Shown piece by piece: positions 28,872 through 37,341 of a DNA stretch of 39,967 nt. Numbering within the stretch: position 1 is the first letter of the stretch; each line of letters opens with the position of its first letter. A program made the position numbers and the translations under genes. The notes below the pieces were generated by a model, which was not told the origin of the DNA, ran no database searches, and was given only the letters and a program-made list of their open reading frames with translations. The stretch spans positions 1 through 39,967 of the forward strand of contig JAOPTW010000002.1 of NCBI GenBank assembly GCA_051532035.1, written 5' to 3'. Source of the stretch: Fibrobacterales bacterium (GTDB taxonomy: Bacteria; Fibrobacterota; Fibrobacteria; Fibrobacterales; JAOPTW01).

Positions 28872-28887
28872 CGTGACAATGATCACA
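28872..28887. promoter_or_regulatory. CRP-family-like operator
   Basis: CGTGA-CAATGA-TCACA, 9 of 10 match to TGTGA-N6-TCACA. Confidence 0.5.
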
Positions 28888-28907
28888 TCAAATAACACAA
28901 ATAGTAT

Positions 28908-28997
28908 ATGAGGGAGGAAAGAGACGTCGTAGCGTGATTTTAAATCGATAAAGCCAATTGAGTTCAACAACATCAATTTCACAAACTACGACGTCTT
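28908..28997. ncRNA. Candidate structured RNA or DNA inverted repeat of unknown class
   Basis: AGACGTCGTAG (28922-28932) pairs perfectly with CTACGACGTCT (28986-28996), with inner stems. Confidence 0.3.
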
Positions 28998-29306
28998 AAA
29001 AGGTATATTGTAATTTACTAATTTACATTGCTATTAGTATTACAAAATGCAATGTACAAAAAAAAGACGTTAAGAAACCTAAAATTTCTCAATATTCTTT
29101 TGGAACCCTCTATTTGGTAGCCAAGGAAATAAAAGTGCGTCAGGTAATCTAAACGCAGACTTTGGAAGTAGGTATGCCATGGTTGAAAACTATTTTTTTA
29201 AACTCACCGAAGGCAAAGCATATCAATTTTAGACTGATGGCATCGATATAGACGATAATGACCATGCTAAGGGCACCGTTTCAGTTAGCGCTGATCATAC
29301 TAATCG

Positions 29307-29332
29307 AAAACCCTAGATCAGTCGCTAGGGTT
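29307..29332 (-). terminator. Terminator overlapping the stop of the DUF1343 gene
   Basis: Minus strand AACCCTAG-CGACTGAT-CTAGGGTT-TT. Confidence 0.6.
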
Positions 29333-30434
29333 CAATGTACTTTTTTCTAAATGTTCCGCTCCCTAATAGTATATCAATAGCTAATTTATCATACTCATAT
29401 TCATATGGCTCAGTACGCCATGTAAAATCATCGGGATACGCTCTTACCAAATACTTTAATATTTCAATTGCAGTGTTAAAGGGCATAAAACTGTTTCGAT
29501 CTGAAATATGAAACTGTGCACCACCGCACATCTCGCCACTCCATTTATGGAAGGTGGGCTGAAAATAGGCTTCTCTAAAATAGACCCCTGGTAGTTCTAA
29601 TCCATTAAGATAATTACACATTTTTTGGGCATTAATAAATGGAGCACCAAATAGTTCAAATGGACGTGTTGTCCCCCGCCCCTCTGAAACATTCGTCGCC
29701 TCAAAGAGGCACATACCTGGATAGACAATTGCGGTATCAAGAGTGGGCATATTAGGTGATGGTAAGACCCACGGGAGCCCAGTTTCATCAAACCACATAT
29801 CCTTGGAGTAATTCTCCATCTCAAGAACTCGCAGATCACACTCAGGAAAGCACTCCTCCTTAAATAGTACTGCAAGCTCACCAATAGTTTTGCCATGTCG
29901 TACCGGAATAGAGTGTAGCCCAACAAATGAAGTGTGATCAAGTTCAAGTACTGGTCCTTCTACGTCTCTGCAATTTATGGGGTTGGGTCTATCACACACC
30001 ACTACTGTTTTACCAAGGCGCTCGGCAGCTTTCATACACAGATACAGTGTCCAAATAAAAGTATAATAGCGTGCCCCAATATCCTGTAAGTCTACTAATA
30101 CAACATCAAGATCTGCATACATTACATCTGTAGGTTCTCGATGTTCACCATAGAGGCTATAGACAGGAATATTCAATGCAGCATCAATTCCCCCTTCCCA
30201 CTCAATCATATTATCTTGAGTATGCCCCTTAATTCCATGTTGAGGACCAAATAGTGCCGAAATGGTAAATAATGACTCATTATGAGAAAGAAGAGTGTCG
30301 AGTGAATGGGCAAAATTTGAGCAAATTGACGCTGGATGGAGGACTGCTCCAACCCGTTTTTCGAATAAATCCTGAGGCCACAATTTTTCGAGATTTTCTA
30401 CAGGTAAAACAACAGGTTTTTTATTACTTTGCAT
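29325..30434 (-). CDS. DUF1343 exo-beta-N-acetylmuramidase (NamZ-like)
   Basis: LFGPQHG, SLYG, DLQDIGARYYTF, DRPNP, RHG.T.GEL, PSPNMP, SEGRGTTRPFE; start moved to ATG 30434 to avoid overlapping ssb. Confidence 0.88.
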   Translation of the reverse strand: MQSNKKPVVLPVENLEKLWPQDLFEKRVGAVLHPASICSNFAHSLDTLLSHNESLFTISALFGPQHGIKGHTQDNMIEWEGGIDAALNIPVYSLYGEHREPTDVMYADLDVVLVDLQDIGARYYTFIWTLYLCMKAAERLGKTVVVCDRPNPINCRDVEGPVLELDHTSFVGLHSIPVRHGKTIGELAVLFKEECFPECDLRVLEMENYSKDMWFDETGLPWVLPSPNMPTLDTAIVYPGMCLFEATNVSEGRGTTRPFELFGAPFINAQKMCNYLNGLELPGVYFREAYFQPTFHKWSGEMCGGAQFHISDRNSFMPFNTAIEILKYLVRAYPDDFTWRTEPYEYEYDKLAIDILLGSGTFRKKYIEP

Positions 30435-30504
30435 AGGGAAACAAGTTCTTGTTTTAGGACAATAAACAAAAGATAATATAAGATAAATCGTAGGAGCATA
30501 TATA

Positions 30505-30948
30505 ATGGCTGCACTGAATAAAGTAATGTTGATTGGAAACCTTGGTAGAGAACCGGAAGTACGCATGGCTGGAGAGTCTAAAGTTGCTAACTTCTCAATA
30601 GCGGTAACAGAAAGGTTTAAAGGCCGTGATGGTCAACAACAAGAGAAAACTGAATGGGTTAATATCGTATTCTGGGGCCGTCAGGCTGAAATATGCGAGC
30701 AATATCTCCATAAAGGATCACCTGTTTATATTGAAGGTAAATTAGAGACTCGTTCGTGGGATGACAAAACAACGGGTGAGAAAAAATTTCGCACTGAAGT
30801 TCGTGGTATTGTTATGCAAATGCTCGGAAGTAAAGGTGAAAGCTCTGGAGGCGGTTCATATGGAGCGCCAGCAGCAGCAGCACCAGCAGCACCTATGGAT
30901 AGTGGTTTTTCTGCTCCACCAGCACCAGAAGACGACCTACCTTTCTAA
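30505..30948 (+). CDS. ssb: Single-stranded DNA-binding protein
   Basis: [21 protein letters not shown], acidic tip DDLPF; AGGAG RBS. Confidence 0.97.
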   Translation: MAALNKVMLIGNLGREPEVRMAGESKVANFSIAVTERFKGRDGQQQEKTEWVNIVFWGRQAEICEQYLHKGSPVYIEGKLETRSWDDKTTGEKKFRTEVRGIVMQMLGSKGESSGGGSYGAPAAAAPAAPMDSGFSAPPAPEDDLPF

Positions 30949-30964
30949 TCGGTAAAATGTTTAC

Positions 30965-30998
30965 AAAAGGCACTGTTTTATAAACAGTGCCTTTTTTT
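30965..30998 (+). terminator. Intrinsic terminator after ssb
   Basis: AAAAGGCACTGTTT-TAT-AAACAGTGCCTTTTTTT. Confidence 0.92.
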
Positions 30999-31088
30999 AT
31001 TTTTCCACTGCTACAACCACAAATTACTACCAGCTCAAGTGGAATATTAATATCTTTTTCAATACAATAACATCTTCCAGAGGTCCCT

Positions 31089-31769
31089 GTGCTTCCTGAA
31101 CTAATGAATATCATCCTTCTTGTATCAATTACTCTTGTAGCATTTTCAGTTGCTATCAATGCAGACGGTCCAATAAAGGTAACCCTATCCTATATTATTG
31201 CTTTTGCTCTTTTAATAGTCTCTATAATGACAGTGACTCTTAATTGGGAGGCCGTTGCTGGAAAATCAGCAATAGAAGAATCTAATCAACCAATAGTAGA
31301 ACAACTCCCCCCTCTCGAAGAAGTACCTGTTGATACTACTCCTCAAGTTAAGGTAAAAGCCAAAAAGCCAGACAACAAGGCTGCAATTGCAAAGTTCATG
31401 AGTAAAGGCAAATACTGGAATGAGAAAGGGGCTCATTGGGCTAAAACTATTAATGGCTTTAGCCTCGACAACCTCTATGACATGAGTGAAGATGAATATG
31501 AAAAACTTGTTGCAGAAGCCAAAAAATATTCATCCAAAGCGACAACTGTCTATAACAATATTAAAGTCCTCAAAGCTCCAGATGCATCAACAAAAGCACT
31601 CAAAAAGAAATTGAAGTCTGCGGGTGCCCAGCTTAATTTAGCAGGTGTAAAATTGGTCAAATTCTTTAATGCCGAAAATGAAGATGAAGAAGCAAAGCTT
31701 GAAGAAGAGTTTATTTCATATTCTAAAAAGGCTCTCACCAATTTCAATAGATTAGGTGGATCATTCTAA
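31089..31769 (+). CDS. Hypothetical membrane protein (two N-terminal TM helices, Pro-rich linker, helical domain)
   Basis: 226-aa ORF, GAGG before GTG start, two hydrophobic segments; no family recognised. Confidence 0.7.
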   Translation: MLPELMNIILLVSITLVAFSVAINADGPIKVTLSYIIAFALLIVSIMTVTLNWEAVAGKSAIEESNQPIVEQLPPLEEVPVDTTPQVKVKAKKPDNKAAIAKFMSKGKYWNEKGAHWAKTINGFSLDNLYDMSEDEYEKLVAEAKKYSSKATTVYNNIKVLKAPDASTKALKKKLKSAGAQLNLAGVKLVKFFNAENEDEEAKLEEEFISYSKKALTNFNRLGGSF

Positions 31770-31772
31770 GGA

Positions 31773-33326
31773 TCAATCAGGATATTGAGTTCCAATATCC
31801 AGAAATTCTTCAATATCTCTTAAGAACAGCTCTATAAGGGTCGGATCAAAATGCTGACCCTTTTCACTTTGAAGAAGCGCAATAATTCTATCAATACTCC
31901 ACGCATCTTTATAAACCCGCTTATGACCAAGAGCATCGAACACATCAACAAGTCCTATAATGCGACCGTAAATATGAATTTCTTCACCTGCTAGCTTATT
32001 TGGGTAGCCTGTGCCATTCCATTTTTCATGGTGCTCATGAGCAATAATTGCTGCAGCTTTTAACAAATCACGATTAGATTTTTTCAAAATTCCAAAACCA
32101 ATCTCAGAATGAGTTTTCATAACCTCATATTCTTCAGGTGTTAGTTTACCTGGTTTTTTTAATATAATATCAGGTATTCCAATTTTACCTACATCATGCA
32201 TAGGGGCTGCCATCTCAATTTCTTCAACATCTGATTCAGGAAGGCCCAGTTTTTGTGCTAAAAGACCTGCCATCTTTGACACTCTTCGGACATGATTTGC
32301 TGTCTCCCGGGAATGGTTCTCTACAACCTCTCCAAGAGTAAATATTACCTCTCGTTGAGTATCAAGTACTTCCTGATTTAACATAAAGTTGTCAAATGCA
32401 ACGGAAACATTAATTGAGAATACATTGATCAATTCTTTATCTAACTCACTTAATTCGCCAAGACCTGACACATAAGCTATATGATCTACACCATTATGAG
32501 TATTAAAGTAGATAACATAAATATTGTCAGCATAAAAGCTTTTCTTTTCAACCCGAGCGATCTCTATTGCTTCAATTACTTCTACAGGTAATTCAGCTGA
32601 AATCACACTCTTACCCGCACTACCAAATTTACCTGTAGACGCTAGGATGACACGCTGATCTTTCTTACATGAAACAATCAATCCATCCACATTCGTTCCA
32701 ATATGGACCTGTAGCACACCATACAGTTGCAACAAAGCACCACGAGCAAAGTTGTATACTGATTGAAATTCAAAGAGCGAAGACGATGAGTTGATTATAT
32801 GCTCCAATCCTTTGCGTGAACGCTCTATTATCATGAGATCTTTATATGTTCGAAGTGATGACGTTATGGTAATAAATAGGTTTTGAGCCGTTAACTCTGC
32901 TTTATGTTTGTATGCATTTATATCATACTCCATAATAACATTTTTTTCGGGGGCTTTCCCTGGTTGACCCGTCCGTAAAATAATCCTCGTAAATCGGTTA
33001 TTTAAAGAGTCCCGAATATACTTTATAACCTCAAGCCCTGTATCATCATTTTCCATTACAACATCAAGTAAAATAATTGCAGTATCAGGATTGTCTTTAA
33101 TTAATTTCATTGCTTCTGCACCAGTATGTGCAGAAAGAAATTTTAACCCTCGATTTTTAAATCTATAGTCGTCTAAGACAAGGCGAGTGATTTTATGCAC
33201 CTCATCTTCATCATCTGCAATAATGATCTTCCAGTCTTTTGTTTCTTCATCAAAGAACTGTTGATCACCTTCATCAGAAATGAAGAGCATTGTATCATCA
33301 TTTGAAAATGACTGAGCCTTACTCAT
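31773..33326 (-). CDS. Response regulator REC-DUF3369-HD-GYP (c-di-GMP phosphodiesterase, RpfG-like)
   Basis: IIADDE, LLDVVME, ILRTGQPG.APE; H..RV, MHDVGKIG, HHEKWNGTGYP, DVFDAL..R.YK. Confidence 0.9.
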   Translation of the reverse strand: MSKAQSFSNDDTMLFISDEGDQQFFDEETKDWKIIIADDEDEVHKITRLVLDDYRFKNRGLKFLSAHTGAEAMKLIKDNPDTAIILLDVVMENDDTGLEVIKYIRDSLNNRFTRIILRTGQPGKAPEKNVIMEYDINAYKHKAELTAQNLFITITSSLRTYKDLMIIERSRKGLEHIINSSSSLFEFQSVYNFARGALLQLYGVLQVHIGTNVDGLIVSCKKDQRVILASTGKFGSAGKSVISAELPVEVIEAIEIARVEKKSFYADNIYVIYFNTHNGVDHIAYVSGLGELSELDKELINVFSINVSVAFDNFMLNQEVLDTQREVIFTLGEVVENHSRETANHVRRVSKMAGLLAQKLGLPESDVEEIEMAAPMHDVGKIGIPDIILKKPGKLTPEEYEVMKTHSEIGFGILKKSNRDLLKAAAIIAHEHHEKWNGTGYPNKLAGEEIHIYGRIIGLVDVFDALGHKRVYKDAWSIDRIIALLQSEKGQHFDPTLIELFLRDIEEFLDIGTQYPD

Positions 33327-33425
33327 AAAAACAATTTTCCCTATTATTATTAATTACAGTATAACACAGAAATGATAAATATGCTTTTAATAATCGTTTG
33401 TTACCTAGGAAGAAATAAAATATTT

Positions 33426-36400
33426 TTAAACCCCTTCTATCCTGGCTAAATCCTTTAACTCAATAACCAGCATATCCTGCAACATATTAAAGTCAACTAA
33501 AAGTTCTTTATATAACTCAGTAATCTCATTAGTATTGAGAGTAGGAACAAAAACTTCAATTTCAGAAGCTTTACGAGACATTATTTCACCACTAATACTG
33601 AGAGATGAACCTTTAATTTTATGTCCAAGCTTATTAATCTCAGGGATTGCATTACTCTTTATTGCTTCGTCAAGTAAAGTGAGTTCTTTAGGCATCTCTG
33701 TAAGAAATATTTTCATAAGATCTTTTAATAATTCTTTGTCATCCATTATTCTTTTTAACAGAAATGACTTGTTAAATATTTGGTCGTTACTTGACAAAGA
33801 ATCATCTTTAATTTTTTCGAATTGAGTTGTCTCACCTCCCTTCTTATCAACCCATTGAATCAATTTATTTTTTAAGTGCTGAGGCTCAACCGGTTTCGCA
33901 ATATAATCATTCATACCGGCTTCTATACAGCGCTCTTTATCCCCTTGCATGGCATTTGCTGTCATTGCAATTATTGTAATATCACTATTAATTACTGTAG
34001 ATTCTACAGCTCTAATCATACGTGTTGCTTCTAGACCATCCATTATAGGCATTTGCATATCCATAAATACCAAATCAAATACCTGATTTTCTAAAATTTC
34101 AATTGCTTCTTTTCCGTTGTTTGCAATTGTAGTGCGTGCACCAAAATGCTTAAGCATCCCTTCGGCTACCTGCTGGTTAACCAAATTATCTTCGACTAAC
34201 AAGATATCGTAATACCTCCTCTGCAAACCCATAATCTGACTCTGAGTAATAATTTTATCACTCTCGTCAGGAGTAGAAACTGTAGTTTTGCCTAGTACCA
34301 GTTCTAGACAAAGACGTAAATCATGAGGGAGTACAGGTTTTGTTAAATAAGCAGCAAATCCAAGTTCTTCATATCGTTTAGACTCTTCTTGATCACCTAT
34401 AGATGTCATCATTATTAATTTGCTTTCACGCAGTATTGCATCATCCTTAATTATAGTACCCAGCTCTTTCCCATCCATCTCTGGCATTTGCATATCAAGA
34501 ATTGCAATTTTATAGGGATCGTTCATGTGGTAACTGTTTTGTAATTGAGTTAATCCAATTTTTGCATCTTCAGCTACATCACAATGTGCACCCCAGAGCT
34601 CTAATTGTTCTTTGATAAGTGTTCTATTCGTACTATTATCATCAACAAACAAAATTTTTGTTCCTCTAATATCAGCATACCGATGATTTAACGAAACATG
34701 TGATGATTTCTTAAAGGATATTTCAAACCAAAAAACCGAACCATTATTAAAAGAGGAGAATTGTTCAAGTTCAAAATCACAAGGGGGACTCACCATACTT
34801 ATTGTGCCTTGCATTAACCCTACAAGTTGACGTGAAATAGTTAAACCAAGACCAGTTCCACCAAATTTACGTGTTGTGGAACCATCCGCTTGTGTAAAGC
34901 TTTCAAATAATTTTTCTTGCTGTACCATTGGTACACCTATACCAGTATCACGTACCATAAATCGTATCGTTATTAATTCACTCGATGATGGGATTTGATC
35001 GATATACAGAGCTACCTCACCTCTTTCTGTAAATTTTAAGGAATTTCCACATAGGTTTGTGAGAATCTGTATAAGTCTACCTGGGTCACCAATGAGTTGT
35101 GAAGGAATAGTTTCATCTAAATGACATATAAATTCTAACTGTTTATCTTCAGCTCTAAATGCTTGAGCAGTGATAAAGTCCTGTATAACATGAATAAAAT
35201 CAAAATCAATCTCTTCGATATCTAACTTACCCGCTTCTATTTTGGAAAAATCAAGTATATCATTAATAATCATTAACAGTGATTGACCACTTGTTTTTAC
35301 TGTTTCAGCGTATTTTCTTTGACTAGAAGTAAGGTTAGTTTCAAGAAGTAAAGAATTCATACCGAGTACTCCATTCATTGGAGTTCGAATCTCATGACTC
35401 ATTGTTGCAAGGAATTCACTTTTTGCTTTACTTGCCGCTTGTGCATCTTCTGCCAACTTCTCCGCCAAACGAGTTTTTTCTTGAAGAGAATCATTGAGGT
35501 CACGAATTTTTTTCTCTTCAGTGAGATCCATAAAAACAAATATAGCACCGGTAATAGATCCATTTCCATCTTCAATAGGGCCCGCTGAATTTGCCATAAA
35601 AAAAGCTTCATCATTTGCATTCTTTACTATAACTTGATCAGCTAAACTGGTAACTCCTTCTGAGTTAAGTACAATATCTATAGGGTTGCTCATTTCTCTA
35701 TGTGAAAGCGCATCCTCAATAGTTAAAACATCAGTAATCAACACACCATTAAGCTCTGAACTAAATTTCCCTAGTAATTTTTCTGCTGAACTATTAACTC
35801 CAACAATTGCCCCTTGTAAATCTGTGGTAATTACTGATTCGCTAAGGGCATTTAATGTAGTTCGCAAATATTTTTCACTCTTTTCCAAATTAGATTTAGA
35901 TTCTGTTATACGGTGTACCATATCATTAAATCCATCATAGAGTGCACCGACTTCATCATTTCCGACTTTTGATACCTTACCAATATCGTTGTTCCATTCG
36001 AGAGAATGCATTGTAGTAACTAGATTTAATATAGGTGCAGTAATACTTTTTTGAAATACTACACCAAGTAATGCAGATATTAGAATAACAACGAGCATAA
36101 TTATTGAAAATACAACTATAGTTTGTATAATTTGACTTTTGAGCTCATCGGTAGAAACCTTGATAAATACCGTCCCAAGGTACTCATCATCCTTAACTAA
36201 CGTATTGTATATATAGAGAAAACGTTCATGAAAATACCAACCCTCATTATTTACTTTTCGAGTTAACAATTCTTCCGAATCTTTATGATATTCAGAAAAC
36301 ACATTGGAGTCAGCATTAAATATTACACACTCTGTTATATTTGGAATATCTTTCAAAGTCGTTAAATAAGTAGTTGCGGCATCAGAGTCTTCAAAGAGCA

Positions 36401-36587
36401 GTGGAATTTCAGCATAACTTGCAACAACTCGTGCATTTTCTACGGAAGTATTTACCAAGTTTTGTTTCAAATTTTGAACAATAAAATAGATACCAGCACT
36501 AAAACCAAGAGTCAACGTTACTAAACTTATTGAGACAATTATTAATACTAATTTTCTTTTAATGGATAAATCGTTATAGAAACCCAC
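33426..36587 (-). CDS. Hybrid sensor histidine kinase (TM-periplasmic-TM-HAMP-PAS-HisKA-HATPase-REC-REC-HPt)
   Basis: [29 protein letters not shown]; two REC domains (DMQMP..DG, KP); HPt HKIKGSS; GTG 36587 after GGAGGTGA, 2 nt from the yfiR-like stop. Confidence 0.93.
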   Translation of the reverse strand: MGFYNDLSIKRKLVLIIVSISLVTLTLGFSAGIYFIVQNLKQNLVNTSVENARVVASYAEIPLLFEDSDAATTYLTTLKDIPNITECVIFNADSNVFSEYHKDSEELLTRKVNNEGWYFHERFLYIYNTLVKDDEYLGTVFIKVSTDELKSQIIQTIVVFSIIMLVVILISALLGVVFQKSITAPILNLVTTMHSLEWNNDIGKVSKVGNDEVGALYDGFNDMVHRITESKSNLEKSEKYLRTTLNALSESVITTDLQGAIVGVNSSAEKLLGKFSSELNGVLITDVLTIEDALSHREMSNPIDIVLNSEGVTSLADQVIVKNANDEAFFMANSAGPIEDGNGSITGAIFVFMDLTEEKKIRDLNDSLQEKTRLAEKLAEDAQAASKAKSEFLATMSHEIRTPMNGVLGMNSLLLETNLTSSQRKYAETVKTSGQSLLMIINDILDFSKIEAGKLDIEEIDFDFIHVIQDFITAQAFRAEDKQLEFICHLDETIPSQLIGDPGRLIQILTNLCGNSLKFTERGEVALYIDQIPSSSELITIRFMVRDTGIGVPMVQQEKLFESFTQADGSTTRKFGGTGLGLTISRQLVGLMQGTISMVSPPCDFELEQFSSFNNGSVFWFEISFKKSSHVSLNHRYADIRGTKILFVDDNSTNRTLIKEQLELWGAHCDVAEDAKIGLTQLQNSYHMNDPYKIAILDMQMPEMDGKELGTIIKDDAILRESKLIMMTSIGDQEESKRYEELGFAAYLTKPVLPHDLRLCLELVLGKTTVSTPDESDKIITQSQIMGLQRRYYDILLVEDNLVNQQVAEGMLKHFGARTTIANNGKEAIEILENQVFDLVFMDMQMPIMDGLEATRMIRAVESTVINSDITIIAMTANAMQGDKERCIEAGMNDYIAKPVEPQHLKNKLIQWVDKKGGETTQFEKIKDDSLSSNDQIFNKSFLLKRIMDDKELLKDLMKIFLTEMPKELTLLDEAIKSNAIPEINKLGHKIKGSSLSISGEIMSRKASEIEVFVPTLNTNEITELYKELLVDFNMLQDMLVIELKDLARIEGV

Positions 36588-36588
36588 T

Positions 36589-37155
36589 TCAATCACCTCC
36601 AATAACTCTTGCATAATTCAATAAGAATGAATTTACATGTAAATGTGCCTTCTTAAGAGAAGTTAAATTTATTTCAAATCTTAATTTTTTTGAATCAATA
36701 AAGAAATTTATATGAGAACCTTTTTCTCCATATCCTTCTTTTGATGTCATCAGTAATATCGTATTCTGTTCACAAATTTGTACTAGTGGTATAATACTAC
36801 CAGAAAATTTATCACTTACATAAACCACGTCTAATTGATCATTAATATCATCCTGAGATATTTTTAGAACTTCAATTTCTTTACCTTTAATTTTCTTTTC
36901 AGCATAGTATTTTAACATCAACTCAAATACGTTATCATCATCAAGTACACCAACTTTAAACGATTTGTTGTCTTTAGTATGGGAGGGTTTATTCCATTTT
37001 ATCAAACCGATAATTTTAGAAGTAAATGCAATTTTTAAACTTTGTTCTTTCGAACTCTTTGCATATACAGGTATTGAAGTAACGAATAGACATAGGAATA
37101 AAATGCAATATCCAAAATTGCTAATATTCACACATTTAATCACCATTACTTTCAC
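36589..37155 (-). CDS. YfiR family (DUF4154) periplasmic protein
   Basis: E..LK.AF...I...I.W, INF......RFEINL.......L.VNS.LL..A; signal peptide; exact start uncertain. Confidence 0.85.
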   Translation of the reverse strand: MKVMVIKCVNISNFGYCILFLCLFVTSIPVYAKSSKEQSLKIAFTSKIIGLIKWNKPSHTKDNKSFKVGVLDDDNVFELMLKYYAEKKIKGKEIEVLKISQDDINDQLDVVYVSDKFSGSIIPLVQICEQNTILLMTSKEGYGEKGSHINFFIDSKKLRFEINLTSLKKAHLHVNSFLLNYARVIGGD

Positions 37156-37341
37156 GTTATTTCCTGAAAAACGTCATTTGACATTGTAATAATGGTACTA
37201 CTATTAAGGTGGAAGTCAATACAAATCTTACTCTGCTAAAACAACGCTTAAAAAACAAATACATAAAATACATTATTAAAAATATTGTTTTTTAGTCCAA
37301 TCAATCAGATAATGTAACAAGTACCAAGTACGAGGTTCTCA

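Noticed and set aside
28841..28973. About 44-aa hydrophobic minus-strand ORF resembling a type I toxin
   Set aside because: No RBS; hydrophobicity is expected from T-rich sequence; it overlaps regulatory motifs
29205..29300. c-di-GMP-I riboswitch (GGCAAA..CTAAG)
   Set aside because: Lacks the GNRA-capped P2 stem and GCAAAGC-type core, and faces a convergent gene end
30435..30566. Apparent overlap of the DUF1343 ORF with ssb
   Set aside because: Artefact of longest-ORF calling; the family-like sequence begins after ATG 30434
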